NCBI GenBank assembly: GCA_017656145.1
Contig: JACDOI010000006.1
Coordinates: 400-64,399, forward strand
Length of the DNA stretch: 64,000 bases
Origin: Bacillota bacterium
GTDB taxonomy: Bacteria; Bacillota; Limnochordia; Limnochordales; ZCTH02-B6
Direction of reading: 5' to 3'
Under the pieces are notes generated by a model. It saw nothing but the letters and a program-made list of their open reading frames with translations, did no database searches and was not told the origin of the DNA. Positions 47,600 to 57,181 of the stretch are shown here, in pieces. The number at the start of each line of letters is the position of its first letter. Position 1 is the stretch's first letter. Position numbers and translations under genes: made by a program.

Positions 47600-47777
47600 C
47601 GCCCTCCCTGGAATCGGCGCCGGATTGCCTTTATCGGCGAGCGCCTCCCGGGTTCTCCGCTGCCGGCCGGCGCTCCTGCCGTTTCAGTTTTGCCCTTAAA
47701 CAGCCGTCTCCTGCCGGGCGACGGCGCTGTCCACCAACCGGCAGCGCCTTGGTCTGGCGGCAGCGGGGGCTCCTCGA

Positions 47778-48446
47778 TCAGGGGCCGATGAACAGCCGCG
47801 TGCCCGGGACGACCCGGTGAAACACGAACTCGACGTCTTTGTTGTACATGCGCAGGCAGCCGGGCGTGGACGCCCGCCGGACGGACCACGGTTCCCACGT
47901 CCCGTGGAGGCTGCACCCGTCAGGCTTCAAGCGAATCCAACGGGTGCCGAAGGGACCGCCGGGGAAGGCTATGAGCTCCGCGACGGCGAACGATCCCGCA
48001 GGGGTCGGAGATTCGGGGCGGCCCACCGCAACCGGAAACACCGCCGTCTTGCCGCCCCGGGTGTGGAGTATCAGCACCCGGCGCTCCAGGGAAACCTGGA
48101 GCGAAACGGCCTGGTCGCGCTCGTCCCCGGGAGACCACGGGGAAACGCCTGTGCCGCCGGCGAGCAGGGCGGGCGCCGGGGTGGCGCCTTGTTCGGCCGG
48201 TGCGGGATGCTGCTTGCCGCTGGGATCCGACAGCGCGTAGAGGCGTTGCCAGGTGGCGGGCCCGGCGATGCCGTCGGGCTTAAGTCCCCAGGCGGCCTGG
48301 AACGCGGCCACCGCCTCTTCCAATTCCCGGTCCCATGTGGCGCTCCCGCAGGAAACGGGGTAGCCCAGGCGGGCCAGGCGCCACCGCAAGTCGGCCACGG
48401 CCGGGCCCCGGCTGCCCGGGCGCGCGGTGAGGCGATAATGCCACAC
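47778..48446 (-). CDS. L,D-transpeptidase (YkuD) with peptidoglycan-binding domain
   Basis: PG-binding (AV.AFQ...GL.PDGIAGP.TW); FPVAVG...TP.G.F; LHGT...S.GCLRM. Confidence 0.88.
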   Translation of the reverse strand: MWHYRLTARPGSRGPAVADLRWRLARLGYPVSCGSATWDRELEEAVAAFQAAWGLKPDGIAGPATWQRLYALSDPSGKQHPAPAEQGATPAPALLAGGTGVSPWSPGDERDQAVSLQVSLERRVLILHTRGGKTAVFPVAVGRPESPTPAGSFAVAELIAFPGGPFGTRWIRLKPDGCSLHGTWEPWSVRRASTPGCLRMYNKDVEFVFHRVVPGTRLFIGP

Positions 48447-48618
48447 TGTATTTCACCCACTTTGCCGGTGCATCAGGCTTTCCCGCGACGGAGCGGGGGT
48501 CGGCTGCGACCGGCGACAGACCCGCGGATCGACAGCATTGCCCATTATCCCAGGGCAGGATATTACCGGGAACCGGGGAAATTGCTATAGGATCTAACCC
48601 GTTGCGGAGGCTAAAAAC

Positions 48619-49800
48619 GTGAGCATGCGGAACTTGGTTTCCGTCGCATTGCTGGTCATTCTGGTGTTGGGGTTGGCTGGCCCGGCGGCCCGGGCGCAGC
48701 TGCGGTTTGACATACCGGCCGAGGCAGGTCTTTTGATGGAGGCCAGCACGGGCCGGATCTTGTGGTCGAAGAACCCCGACATGCCGACGGAACCGGCCAG
48801 CCTCGCGAAAATCGTCGTCATCCTCCTGACGTACCGGGCCGTGGACGAGGGCATCGCCTCGTGGGACGATCGGGTCGTCACAAGCCCTTACGCGGCCAGC
48901 ATCGGGGGTTCCACCGCGCTGCTCGCGCCGGGCGAAAGCTTCACGTTGGCGGACATGATACGGGCCGTTGCCATCAACTCGGCCAACGACGCTACGGTGG
49001 CGGTGGCCGAGCATCTCGCGGGCAGCGAGGCGGCCTTCGTTGAAGCGATGAACAGTCTGGCCCGGGAGCTGGGCATGGAAAACACGCGGTTTGTCAACAG
49101 CAACGGCCTGCCGGTGCCGCCGGGAGAGGAGCCGAACCAGATTACGGCCCGGGACATCGCTATCGCCGCCCGGGAACTGATCACCCGCTATCCGGAGGTG
49201 CTGGAGCTCACCTCCACCTGGCAGTACACCTTTCGGGAACCCACGGCTACCCGGCCGGCCTTCGTGCTGACCAACACCAACCGGCTCATCCAGCGCTACC
49301 CGGGCGCGGACGGGCTCAAGACCGGTTGGACCGACGCAGCTGGCTACAACTTGGTGGCCACCGCGGAGCGCAACGGGGTGCGGCTTATCTCGGTCGTACT
49401 TCGGACCGAGAGCGACGAAGCCCGGCTGGCGCAGACAGCCCGGCTTTTGGACTACGGGTTTCAAAACTTCAGCTGGCACACGGTGTTGCCTCAAGGCCAG
49501 GCCGTCGGATCGGTGCCGTTGCCCGACGGGGCCCAGGAGCATTTGCCGGTGCGGGCCGGCGCCGACCTGCGGGTGTTTGTGCACCGGACGGACGCGGGCC
49601 GGGTGACGCTGCGAGTGGAACCCCTGCCGGAGCTTGCCGCGCCCGTGGCCGTTGACGAGCGGGTGGGCGATGTCGTCGCGTACCTCGACGATGAGGAGCT
49701 GGGCCGGGTTCCCGCCATCGCGGCGACCGATGTGGATCGGGCCAACGTTCTGGTGCGGGGATTCCGCTGGCTGCGAAATATGATCACCGGCCAAGAGTGA
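48619..49800 (+). CDS. D-alanyl-D-alanine carboxypeptidase (S11 family)
   Basis: PASLAK (SxxK), SAND (SxN), LKTGWT (KTG), PBP5 C-terminal domain. Confidence 0.93.
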   Translation: MSMRNLVSVALLVILVLGLAGPAARAQLRFDIPAEAGLLMEASTGRILWSKNPDMPTEPASLAKIVVILLTYRAVDEGIASWDDRVVTSPYAASIGGSTALLAPGESFTLADMIRAVAINSANDATVAVAEHLAGSEAAFVEAMNSLARELGMENTRFVNSNGLPVPPGEEPNQITARDIAIAARELITRYPEVLELTSTWQYTFREPTATRPAFVLTNTNRLIQRYPGADGLKTGWTDAAGYNLVATAERNGVRLISVVLRTESDEARLAQTARLLDYGFQNFSWHTVLPQGQAVGSVPLPDGAQEHLPVRAGADLRVFVHRTDAGRVTLRVEPLPELAAPVAVDERVGDVVAYLDDEELGRVPAIAATDVDRANVLVRGFRWLRNMITGQE

Positions 49801-49806
49801 GCGGCC

Positions 49807-50745
49807 GTGGTTGCGGTCGAAGCTCCAGCTAAGGTGAATCTCACGCTGACCGTCACGGGCCGCCGGGCCGATGGTTATCATTGGATCGAAAGCCTCATGC
49901 AAACCGTGGACCTGGTGGACCGAGTCGTTCTTGTGCGGACCCCGAGCGAGGCCGGTGTCCGCTGCGTCGGAAACGGCGTGCCTGTCGGCGACGGCAATCT
50001 CGCCTGCCGGGCCGTCCGGGCGCTGCAAGAGGCCGTTCCTCCCCCAGCCGGCGAGTGGGAGGGCGTCACGATCCGCATCCGCAAGCGCATCCCGGTGGCT
50101 GGGGGCTTGGCCGGCGGCAGCGCGAATGCGGCCGCGGCGTTAATCGGAGCGAACGCCTTGTGGGGGCTGGGCATCGGTCGCAAGGAGCTGGCCAGGATAG
50201 GCGCCCAGGTCGGCGCGGACGTCCCGTTTTGCCTGTACGGGGGAACCGCGGTGGCCCAAGGAATCGGCGACGTGCTGGAGCCGGTGCCGCCCGCGCCGCC
50301 CTTGGCCGGGGTCATCCTCAACCCGGGATTTCCGGTGTCCACCGCCCGGGTATATCAGTTGTACGACGAATGGCGCCTTCCCCTGGGCGAGGAAGGTCGG
50401 GCCCGGGCGATGGCCGAGGCCGTCGCGGCGCACGATGTCCGGGCCGTGGCGCAATTGCTCCAAAACGACTTGGAAGCGGTGACCGTGCGCCTGCATCCGG
50501 AGGTGGCCGCGCTGCGGGAGCTGGTTCTTTCCGCCGGCGCCCTGGGAGCGGTGATGTGCGGCAGCGGGCCGAGCGTGTTCGGGCTGGCCGAGAACCCCGA
50601 GCATGGCGAACATTTGGCCCGGCGGCTTGCGGGCCGGGTTCCGTTCGCGGTCGCCTGCCGGTTTGTGAGCCACGGCGCCCGGATCACCGGTTTCGCCCAA
50701 GGCCCAGGCGGTGAAGGAGGTACGATAGTATGCGCCGACCGTTGA
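49807..50745 (+). CDS. ispE: 4-diphosphocytidyl-2-C-methyl-D-erythritol kinase
   Basis: APAKVNL, DGYH, KRIPVAGGLAGGSANAAA, GADVPF, GSGPSVF. Confidence 0.96.
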   Translation: MVAVEAPAKVNLTLTVTGRRADGYHWIESLMQTVDLVDRVVLVRTPSEAGVRCVGNGVPVGDGNLACRAVRALQEAVPPPAGEWEGVTIRIRKRIPVAGGLAGGSANAAAALIGANALWGLGIGRKELARIGAQVGADVPFCLYGGTAVAQGIGDVLEPVPPAPPLAGVILNPGFPVSTARVYQLYDEWRLPLGEEGRARAMAEAVAAHDVRAVAQLLQNDLEAVTVRLHPEVAALRELVLSAGALGAVMCGSGPSVFGLAENPEHGEHLARRLAGRVPFAVACRFVSHGARITGFAQGPGGEGGTIVCADR

Positions 50746-51431
50746 TGCCCATCAAGCTGGACAACTACAAGCCTTTGCGGGAACTGGTCTTTGAGACGAT
50801 CCGGGAGGCCATCATCAACGGCACGCTCAAACCGGGCGAGCGGCTCATGGAAATTCAGCTTGCCGAGGAGCTGGGCGTCAGTCGCACGCCGGTGCGGGAA
50901 GCCATCCGCAAGCTGGAGCTGGAAGGATTCGTGGTCATGGTGCCCCGAAAGGGGGCGTACGTGACCGACATTTCGCTCAAAGACATCGCGGACGTGTTTG
51001 AGATCCGGGGAGCCCTGGAGGGGCTGGCGGCTGAGCTCGCCGCGGAACGGGCCACCGAGGAGCAACTGGAGAAACTGGAACGGCTTCTGGTGGAGATCGG
51101 CGAGTGCATCGAACGGCAGGACGTGGAGGGGATGATCGCCAAGGACACCGAGTTCCATGACGTCCTGTTTTCGGCCAGCCACAACGAACGTCTCGTTCAG
51201 ATGTTGAGCCTGTTGCGGGAGCAGATTCAGCTGGCCCGCTCCCGCACCTTGGCCAAAGTGGAGCGGATGCGGGTGGCCTTGGAGGAGCACCGGGCCATTG
51301 TGGAAGCGGTGGGGCGGCGCGATTCGGAGCTGGCCCGAGCGCTTGCTGAAGCGCACATCGAAAGCGCCCAAAACAGCTTAATGGCGCTGTACACCAACGA
51401 GCTGTCTCCCAACGGTCGGGACGAATCATGA
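50730..51431 (+). CDS. GntR/FadR-family transcriptional regulator
   Basis: YKPLRELVFE..REAI..G.LKPGERL.E..LA..LGVSRTPVREA; FCD domain. Confidence 0.93.
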   Translation: MRRPLMPIKLDNYKPLRELVFETIREAIINGTLKPGERLMEIQLAEELGVSRTPVREAIRKLELEGFVVMVPRKGAYVTDISLKDIADVFEIRGALEGLAAELAAERATEEQLEKLERLLVEIGECIERQDVEGMIAKDTEFHDVLFSASHNERLVQMLSLLREQIQLARSRTLAKVERMRVALEEHRAIVEAVGRRDSELARALAEAHIESAQNSLMALYTNELSPNGRDES

Positions 51432-52216
51432 GCCGGGCGGTAGCCGCACTGGTGCTGGCCGGAGCGCCCAACGAAGGACCGCTCCGGGCGGTGAGCGACT
51501 GCGCCTACGAGGCGCTCATCGAAGTGGCTGGCCGGCCGATGGTGGAGTATGTGCTGGACGCGCTGCGGGCCGCTCCGTCGGTGGGCCCTATCGGCATCGT
51601 GGGCCCTGTCGCCGACCTCAAGGCTGCCGTGCGCCTCGAGGGAGAAGAGCTCATCGAGCCCGCAGGGGGGCTGTTGGACAACGTCGCGCGCGGGGCCGAG
51701 CGGCTGACGGAAAGCGGGGACCGGCTGCTAGTAGTCACCGGCGACATCCCGCTGCTTACGCCCGGGGCCGTGGAAGACTTCCTCGCGCGCTGCCGGCGCC
51801 GGCCCGCGGGGCTTGACGCCTGCTACCCGATGGTCAGCCGGGAAGTAGCCGAAGCCCAGTTTCCCGGCCAGACCCGGACGTACGTGCGGTTGCGGGAAGG
51901 CCTATTTACGGGCGGCAACTGCGTCCTGCTGTCGCCTGAGGTGCTCTTGCGGCAACGGTCGCTGTTCGAGCAGGCCGTAGCGCTCCGCAAAAATCCTGTG
52001 GGCATGGCCCGGCTCCTGGGCGCGGGGTTCATTGTGAGCTTTTTGCTTAAGCGCCTGTCCGCCGCGGATATCGAACGGGTGATCCGGGACAGGCTGGGCA
52101 TCAACGGGGCCATTATCGCGGTGCCCCACGCGGAGATCGGTTTCGACGTCGATAAGCCGGCCGATCTGGAGCTGGCCCGGCGCATGCTGGAGGACGGACG
52201 GCCCGGGACCGGCTAG
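51428..52216 (+). CDS. MobA-like NTP-transferase family protein
   Basis: ALVLAG, GRPMV.YV, TGDIPL, TGGN, DVDKP.DL. Confidence 0.85.
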   Translation: MSRAVAALVLAGAPNEGPLRAVSDCAYEALIEVAGRPMVEYVLDALRAAPSVGPIGIVGPVADLKAAVRLEGEELIEPAGGLLDNVARGAERLTESGDRLLVVTGDIPLLTPGAVEDFLARCRRRPAGLDACYPMVSREVAEAQFPGQTRTYVRLREGLFTGGNCVLLSPEVLLRQRSLFEQAVALRKNPVGMARLLGAGFIVSFLLKRLSAADIERVIRDRLGINGAIIAVPHAEIGFDVDKPADLELARRMLEDGRPGTG

Positions 52217-52258
52217 GGCCGAATCCGGAAACCCACAGCGCCGGGGGAGGGAAGAGGA

Positions 52259-53131
52259 TTGCGGCGAAGCGAGCGTATCAGCGCGGTGACCAAGTGGCTG
52301 GTCGACCGCCCTCGCCAGATCATCACCTTGGCCGAGCTGGGCCAATTGCTCGGAGCGGCCAAGTCCACCTTGAGCGAAGACATCGCCATCATCCGGGAGA
52401 CGTGCGAGCGAATGGGCCTCGGACGGGTGGAAACGATTCCCGGGGCCGCGGGCGGAGTGCGCTACGTTCCCCAGCTGTCTCCGGCGGCCATGCGGGACGT
52501 TGTCCGGCGGCTGGTGGAAAGCCTGGCCGATCCCGACCGGATCTTGCCGGGCGGGTTCTTGTACATGAGCGACATCGTCGCCTCGCCTCCCCTGCTTGCC
52601 CGCATCGGGGAGCTGTTCGCCACCCGGTTTTCCGATCGGGATCCCCAGGCGGTGGTGACGGTGGAAACCCGCGGGATTCCGATCGCCCTCATGACGGCCC
52701 GGATGCTGAACGTTCCCCTGGCCATCGTCCGCCGGTCGAGCCGGCCCAGCGACGGCACCGTCGTCACCATGAACTACATCTCCGGCTCGGCCCGCCGCAT
52801 TGAAACGATGTCCCTTTCCCGTCGAGCCATTGCCCCAGGCACCCGCGTGCTCATCATCGACGACTTCATGAAGGCCGGCGGGACAGCCCGGGGCTTGGTC
52901 GACCTCATGGGTGAGTTCCAGGCGCCGGTCGTCGGCGTCGGGGTGCTCATCGAAACGCTGGAACCCCGCCAGAAGCTGGTGCGGGACTACGTTTCCCTCG
53001 TCGTGCTGGAATCGGTCGAGGAGGAGGAGCGGAGGGTGCGGGTGCGGGCCAGCCGGTGGTTCGATGAACCGAACCTCGACGAGCCGGGCCCCGGCGAGCG
53101 GGCCCCGGCGCGACCGAACGCCGGCCGGTGA
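52259..53131 (+). CDS. purR: pur operon repressor
   Basis: MRRSERI, AAKST.SED, GAAGGV.Y, R.LPGG.LYM.D, IIDDFMKAGGT. Confidence 0.96.
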   Translation: MRRSERISAVTKWLVDRPRQIITLAELGQLLGAAKSTLSEDIAIIRETCERMGLGRVETIPGAAGGVRYVPQLSPAAMRDVVRRLVESLADPDRILPGGFLYMSDIVASPPLLARIGELFATRFSDRDPQAVVTVETRGIPIALMTARMLNVPLAIVRRSSRPSDGTVVTMNYISGSARRIETMSLSRRAIAPGTRVLIIDDFMKAGGTARGLVDLMGEFQAPVVGVGVLIETLEPRQKLVRDYVSLVVLESVEEEERRVRVRASRWFDEPNLDEPGPGERAPARPNAGR

Positions 53132-53196
53132 ACCGGAACCCCTCGGGCTTGCCGGGGACGACCTGCTCCCGTCCCCGGATCGAGGACGCTTTGGCT

Positions 53197-53226
53197 GGAG
53201 GAATTACGAGCAAGATAGTGGAATCG
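53197..53226 (+). promoter_or_regulatory. sigmaH-type promoter (spoVG-like)
   Basis: GGAGGAATT-ACGAGCAAGATA-GTGGAATC; AGGA-18 bp-GAAT. Confidence 0.65.
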
Positions 53227-53393
53227 TATTGAAACCAACTTGGTATACCTGAGCGACGAACCCGCTGAACAGGTCGATGCCGGCCTCGCCGACGGGGGCC
53301 GCGAGCGTTGACGAGCGCTCCGGATGCGCTCGCGGGAGAGGGGATGAGCGCCGTGGGGCCGCGTTTTCCGGCCGCAGTCCCGGGCTTGGCCGT

Positions 53394-54860
53394 ATGAAAC
53401 ACGACGCCGAAAAGACCCTGGCCCGATCCCGCCGGGCGAGCAGGCTGGCTGCTTGGACCGTAGGCCGGGCGGCCGCCGTCCTGTCCGCCGTCGTGTGGGC
53501 TCCGCTCTTGTTTCGGCTTTTGGGCGCGGCTCCGCCGGTCGCCCGTTCTATGGGCCTTCTTGTCTTCGGTCTTGCCGGATGGGGCACCGGCGCCCTTCAC
53601 CAGTCGCTTGTCTCCGTGCTCATTCTCATCTTCATTCCCGCACTGGGACTGGGCGATTTCGACGACGCTGTCGCGGGCTTCGGCGAGCCCTTCGTGTGGC
53701 TGCTTGTATCCGTGTTCATTCTTGGCAAGGGAATGGAGACCAGCGGGCTGGATCGGCGCATCGCCTTGGCCTTGCTGCACCTGGCCCGCGGCCGCACCCG
53801 GGCTACGTTGCGGGCGGTGTACGCGTCGGTCGTCGTGCTCGGGTTCCTGGTGCCCACCGGGGCGGGGAGGACCGCGATGCTCACCCCGATTTGCACGGGT
53901 CTGCTCAACGTCATCCAAGAGCGGTTGCCTGCGGGAACCCGGGATTTTGCGAACTTGGGAAAGTCGGTCTTCATCGGCTTTTCCTACGTCACCCTAATGA
54001 TGTCGTGGGCGCTGGTGACCGGGTCGGTCTCATCGGTGTACGCCGTGCCCGCCATCCGGGAGCTCACCGGGTTCGAGTGGAATTACCTGACGTGGATGGC
54101 CGCTTGCGCGCCGGCGGCGGTGATATTCACCTTTCTTTTGGACCAGGTGATGGCCCGGGTATTCCCGGTGCGCATGACCGTCATTCCCGGCGGGCTTGAG
54201 TACATCGCCGAACAGCGGCAACAGCTGGGAGCCGTAGGCCCGGCGGAAAGGCGGGTGATGGTCATCATGGCCCTCATCGTGCTGGGGTGGATGACCGAGG
54301 GTTTTCACGGCCTGCCGGTGCCGATGATCTCGCTGGCCGGTGCGGCATTGATGTGCCTGCCGCCCGTTGGCGTGCAGCGATGGGAAGATGCGGCGACGAG
54401 CATCAAATGGGACGTCATCATCTTGTTCGGCACCGGTTTCTCGCTGGCCCAGGCGCTTCAGAAATCGGGGGCGGCAGCGTGGATGGCGCAAACGTTGGCG
54501 GGCGCCTTTCCCGCCCTGCCGCCAGGGGCTGCTGGCCTGTTCGTGCTCGTGGTGATGCTTTTGGCCAGGCTCGGTTTTGCGAACATGCTGGCCATCCTGG
54601 CCACCTCTTTGCCTGTGGCGGTCGGCTTGGGCAACCGGTGGGGGATCAATCCGGTGTGGCTGGCGCAGCTTGCGGTCATCGCGAGCTCCTTCGGGTTCTT
54701 CATGCCGTATCAGGCGCCAAGCCTGACGATCTCATACAGCGCGGGCTTTTACCATCAGCGGGATCTCTTGCGGGCAGGTATCGGAGCGGCGGCGTTGATG
54801 GTAGGGGTGACGATGGTCGTATCCTTGGTCTGGTGGCCGATGTTGGGCATCAAACCTTGA
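53394..54860 (+). CDS. SLC13/DASS divalent anion:sodium symporter
   Basis: SGLDRRIAL, many TM helices, IKWDVIILFG.G.SLA.AL..SGAAAW, FFMPYQAP; start uncertain. Confidence 0.85.
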   Translation: MKHDAEKTLARSRRASRLAAWTVGRAAAVLSAVVWAPLLFRLLGAAPPVARSMGLLVFGLAGWGTGALHQSLVSVLILIFIPALGLGDFDDAVAGFGEPFVWLLVSVFILGKGMETSGLDRRIALALLHLARGRTRATLRAVYASVVVLGFLVPTGAGRTAMLTPICTGLLNVIQERLPAGTRDFANLGKSVFIGFSYVTLMMSWALVTGSVSSVYAVPAIRELTGFEWNYLTWMAACAPAAVIFTFLLDQVMARVFPVRMTVIPGGLEYIAEQRQQLGAVGPAERRVMVIMALIVLGWMTEGFHGLPVPMISLAGAALMCLPPVGVQRWEDAATSIKWDVIILFGTGFSLAQALQKSGAAAWMAQTLAGAFPALPPGAAGLFVLVVMLLARLGFANMLAILATSLPVAVGLGNRWGINPVWLAQLAVIASSFGFFMPYQAPSLTISYSAGFYHQRDLLRAGIGAAALMVGVTMVVSLVWWPMLGIKP

Positions 54861-54892
54861 CCGGTTGCCGGGCCGGGAGAGGCGGGGTGGGG

Positions 54893-55576
54893 GTGGAACG
54901 GGTGGATACAACGAACCAACAAACGCAAGCGGCAGGCACGAAAGGTCCGGACACCTACAGCCGGCTGCGGGCGATGATCCTCTCCGGTGTGTTTCGTTCC
55001 GGCCAGCGGCTGAGCGAGCGGGAGCTGGCGGCCCAGCTGTCCGTCAGCCGCACACCGGTGCGGGAGGCTTTGAGGCAGTTGGTCCAGGAAGGCACTGTCG
55101 TCTACCAACCCCGCCGCGGGTACCGGATTGCCAGCATATCCCAAGAGCAAGCCCGGCACTTGTTTATCGTTCGGGAAGCTTTGGAGGGGCTCGCCGCCCG
55201 CCTTGCCTGCCAACAGGGCGATCCCGGCTGCCTTGCGGGCATGCAGGCCAGCATCGAGCGGGGGCGGGCGGCAGCCCGGGAGGGCCACCTGGCCGGGCTC
55301 ATCGCGGCCAATCAGCAGTTTCATACCTGCCTTGCCGAATCCAGCGCCAATCCGTACCTGATAAGCGCCTTCGCAAGATTGCAAGTGCACATCGCCCTCA
55401 TGATGAGCCGCTCGCTGGCGACTCCCCGGCGTCCTGAAGAAACCCTCCGTGAGCACCAGGCCATCGTCGACGCCGTCAGGGCGCGGGACGCCGGATCGGC
55501 CGAGCAGCTCATCCGGGAACATATCCGCAAAGCTCTTCAAGGATACTTGCGCCATCTGGGCGACGAAACCGGCTAG
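54893..55576 (+). CDS. GntR/FadR-family transcriptional regulator
   Basis: Y..LR.MILSG....GQRLSE.ELA..L.VSRTPVREAL; FH and EH.AI FCD motifs. Confidence 0.92.
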   Translation: MERVDTTNQQTQAAGTKGPDTYSRLRAMILSGVFRSGQRLSERELAAQLSVSRTPVREALRQLVQEGTVVYQPRRGYRIASISQEQARHLFIVREALEGLAARLACQQGDPGCLAGMQASIERGRAAAREGHLAGLIAANQQFHTCLAESSANPYLISAFARLQVHIALMMSRSLATPRRPEETLREHQAIVDAVRARDAGSAEQLIREHIRKALQGYLRHLGDETG

Positions 55577-55623
55577 CGGCAAGCTGGCCCCGGTCACCGC
55601 TCAAGGCGCGGGATATCCGGGAT

Positions 55624-55656
55624 CAGAAACGCCCGGCGCGGGGCCGGGCGTTTCTG
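55624..55656. terminator. Bidirectional terminator-like hairpin
   Basis: CAGAAACGCCCGGC-GCGGG-GCCGGGCGTTTCTG between convergent genes. Confidence 0.7.
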
Positions 55657-55679
55657 GTGCTGGAGCCCTTGCCGGCAGG

Positions 55680-57092
55680 TCAGCCGGCAACGGGTTCCGC
55701 GGGCGGGCGGACAAGCCGCGACAGCAGCGACCGGGCGGACGGCAGTTCTTCCAAGCGCTGAACGGCCTGCCAGACGTCCTCGGCAGCAGAGGGATCAAGC
55801 ACTCCCTGCGCGCCTTCGGTGAACTTCTCCATCTGCTCTTCCGGCGACAGCGGCCGTTCGGGGTAACCCCGGGCGATCTGAGCGTCCCGGGTCAGGACGG
55901 TGCCGTCGGTCAGGCGAATGCGGACGACGGTGTGCATCCGGTCGTATCCCCGGGCATCGATATCCGGCGTGTTGTACACCCTTACCCGTTCCTTCATGAA
56001 CCGCCGCACATTGGGGTCGCGGACCGTTTCGTCCGTGTATTCCCGGATTCCCGCCCGGCCGAACAAGGCGATGAGGGTGACGCCGTACTGCAGGCTGAAC
56101 TTGGCCTCCAGCTCATTTTCGGGTTCGGTGTAGCGCAGCGCGGCGACGATGTTGGAAGCCGCTTCCACGTCGATGCGCTCGATTTGCTCCGGCTTCACCT
56201 GATGCTCCCGCAGGAGATCCCGCACCGCGTCCATGGTCGGATGGCCCAGCGACCCGCACGGGTACGGCTTGATGGAGATGCCGGGAGACTGAATCTGCCA
56301 CGGGCTGGCGAGCCGGGACTCAAGGTATCCCGCATCGAAACCGCCGCCCATGATTTGGAAGAAACCCCACTGGCTGTCGAAAACGTCCGGCGAGGAGGTG
56401 AAACCGCGCTCGGCTAAAAGCGCCGCGACGACGCCGTTTTCGGCCGCCCGGCCCGCGTGGAGGGGCTTGGTCATCGTACCGAAGTTCACCCGCAGGCCGG
56501 CGCTCATGCTGGCCGCGATGCCCAGGGCGCGGATGACCTTATCCAAAGAGAGATCGAGGAGCTTGCTGGCAGCCGCCACCGCGCCCAGCGCTCCGAGGGT
56601 GCCGGTGGAATGAAACCCCCGCCGGTAATGCTCCGGATTGATGGCTTCGGCCAGCTTGCATTCGACCTCGACCCCGATGTTGTAGGCCGCAAGCAGATCC
56701 CGGCCCGACCGGTCCCGGGCCTCGGCCACGGCCAAGGCTGCTGCCAAGACCGGCGTCGTGGGGTGGACGAGGAGGCCCGTCACCCGGTCGGGAAGCGAGG
56801 CGATCTGGGTGTCGTCGTAGTCGTCGGCATGGCCGGCCACACCGTTGGCCAGTGCCGCCAGCTGAGCCGGGGCCCGCAGCCCGGTCCCCAGGACGGACGC
56901 CTCCGGCCGTCCTCCGCAAGCGGCCACGAAGTCCCGCACCATGCGGGAGCAATCTTGTTTGGCGCCGCATAAGGCCACCCCCAGACCGTCGTAGAAAAAC
57001 GCCCGGGAGCCTTCGATGACGTCCCTGGGGATATGCTCGAAGTTTGTGTCGACGATAAACTCGGCAACCTTCTTGGTGATGGGATTGTCCAT
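55680..57092 (-). CDS. MmgE/PrpD family protein
   Basis: AALANG..GH.DDYDD, HP, GFHSTG, GTMTKPLHAG, KPYPCG...H, AKFSL.Y. Confidence 0.93.
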   Translation of the reverse strand: MDNPITKKVAEFIVDTNFEHIPRDVIEGSRAFFYDGLGVALCGAKQDCSRMVRDFVAACGGRPEASVLGTGLRAPAQLAALANGVAGHADDYDDTQIASLPDRVTGLLVHPTTPVLAAALAVAEARDRSGRDLLAAYNIGVEVECKLAEAINPEHYRRGFHSTGTLGALGAVAAASKLLDLSLDKVIRALGIAASMSAGLRVNFGTMTKPLHAGRAAENGVVAALLAERGFTSSPDVFDSQWGFFQIMGGGFDAGYLESRLASPWQIQSPGISIKPYPCGSLGHPTMDAVRDLLREHQVKPEQIERIDVEAASNIVAALRYTEPENELEAKFSLQYGVTLIALFGRAGIREYTDETVRDPNVRRFMKERVRVYNTPDIDARGYDRMHTVVRIRLTDGTVLTRDAQIARGYPERPLSPEEQMEKFTEGAQGVLDPSAAEDVWQAVQRLEELPSARSLLSRLVRPPAEPVAG

Positions 57093-57181
57093 CGCTTCAT
57101 GTCTCCTCTCGGCGATGCTTTTTGCGGTCTTTCGCTCCCGACAGGACGCCCGCCGGGATGCCGGCGGCTAGCCCGCATCCG

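Noticed and set aside
47640-47720. GGGCAAAAC..GAAAC on the minus strand upstream of lacD resembling a c-di-GMP-I riboswitch
   Set aside because: No second GCAAA/P2-P3 elements or supporting pairing
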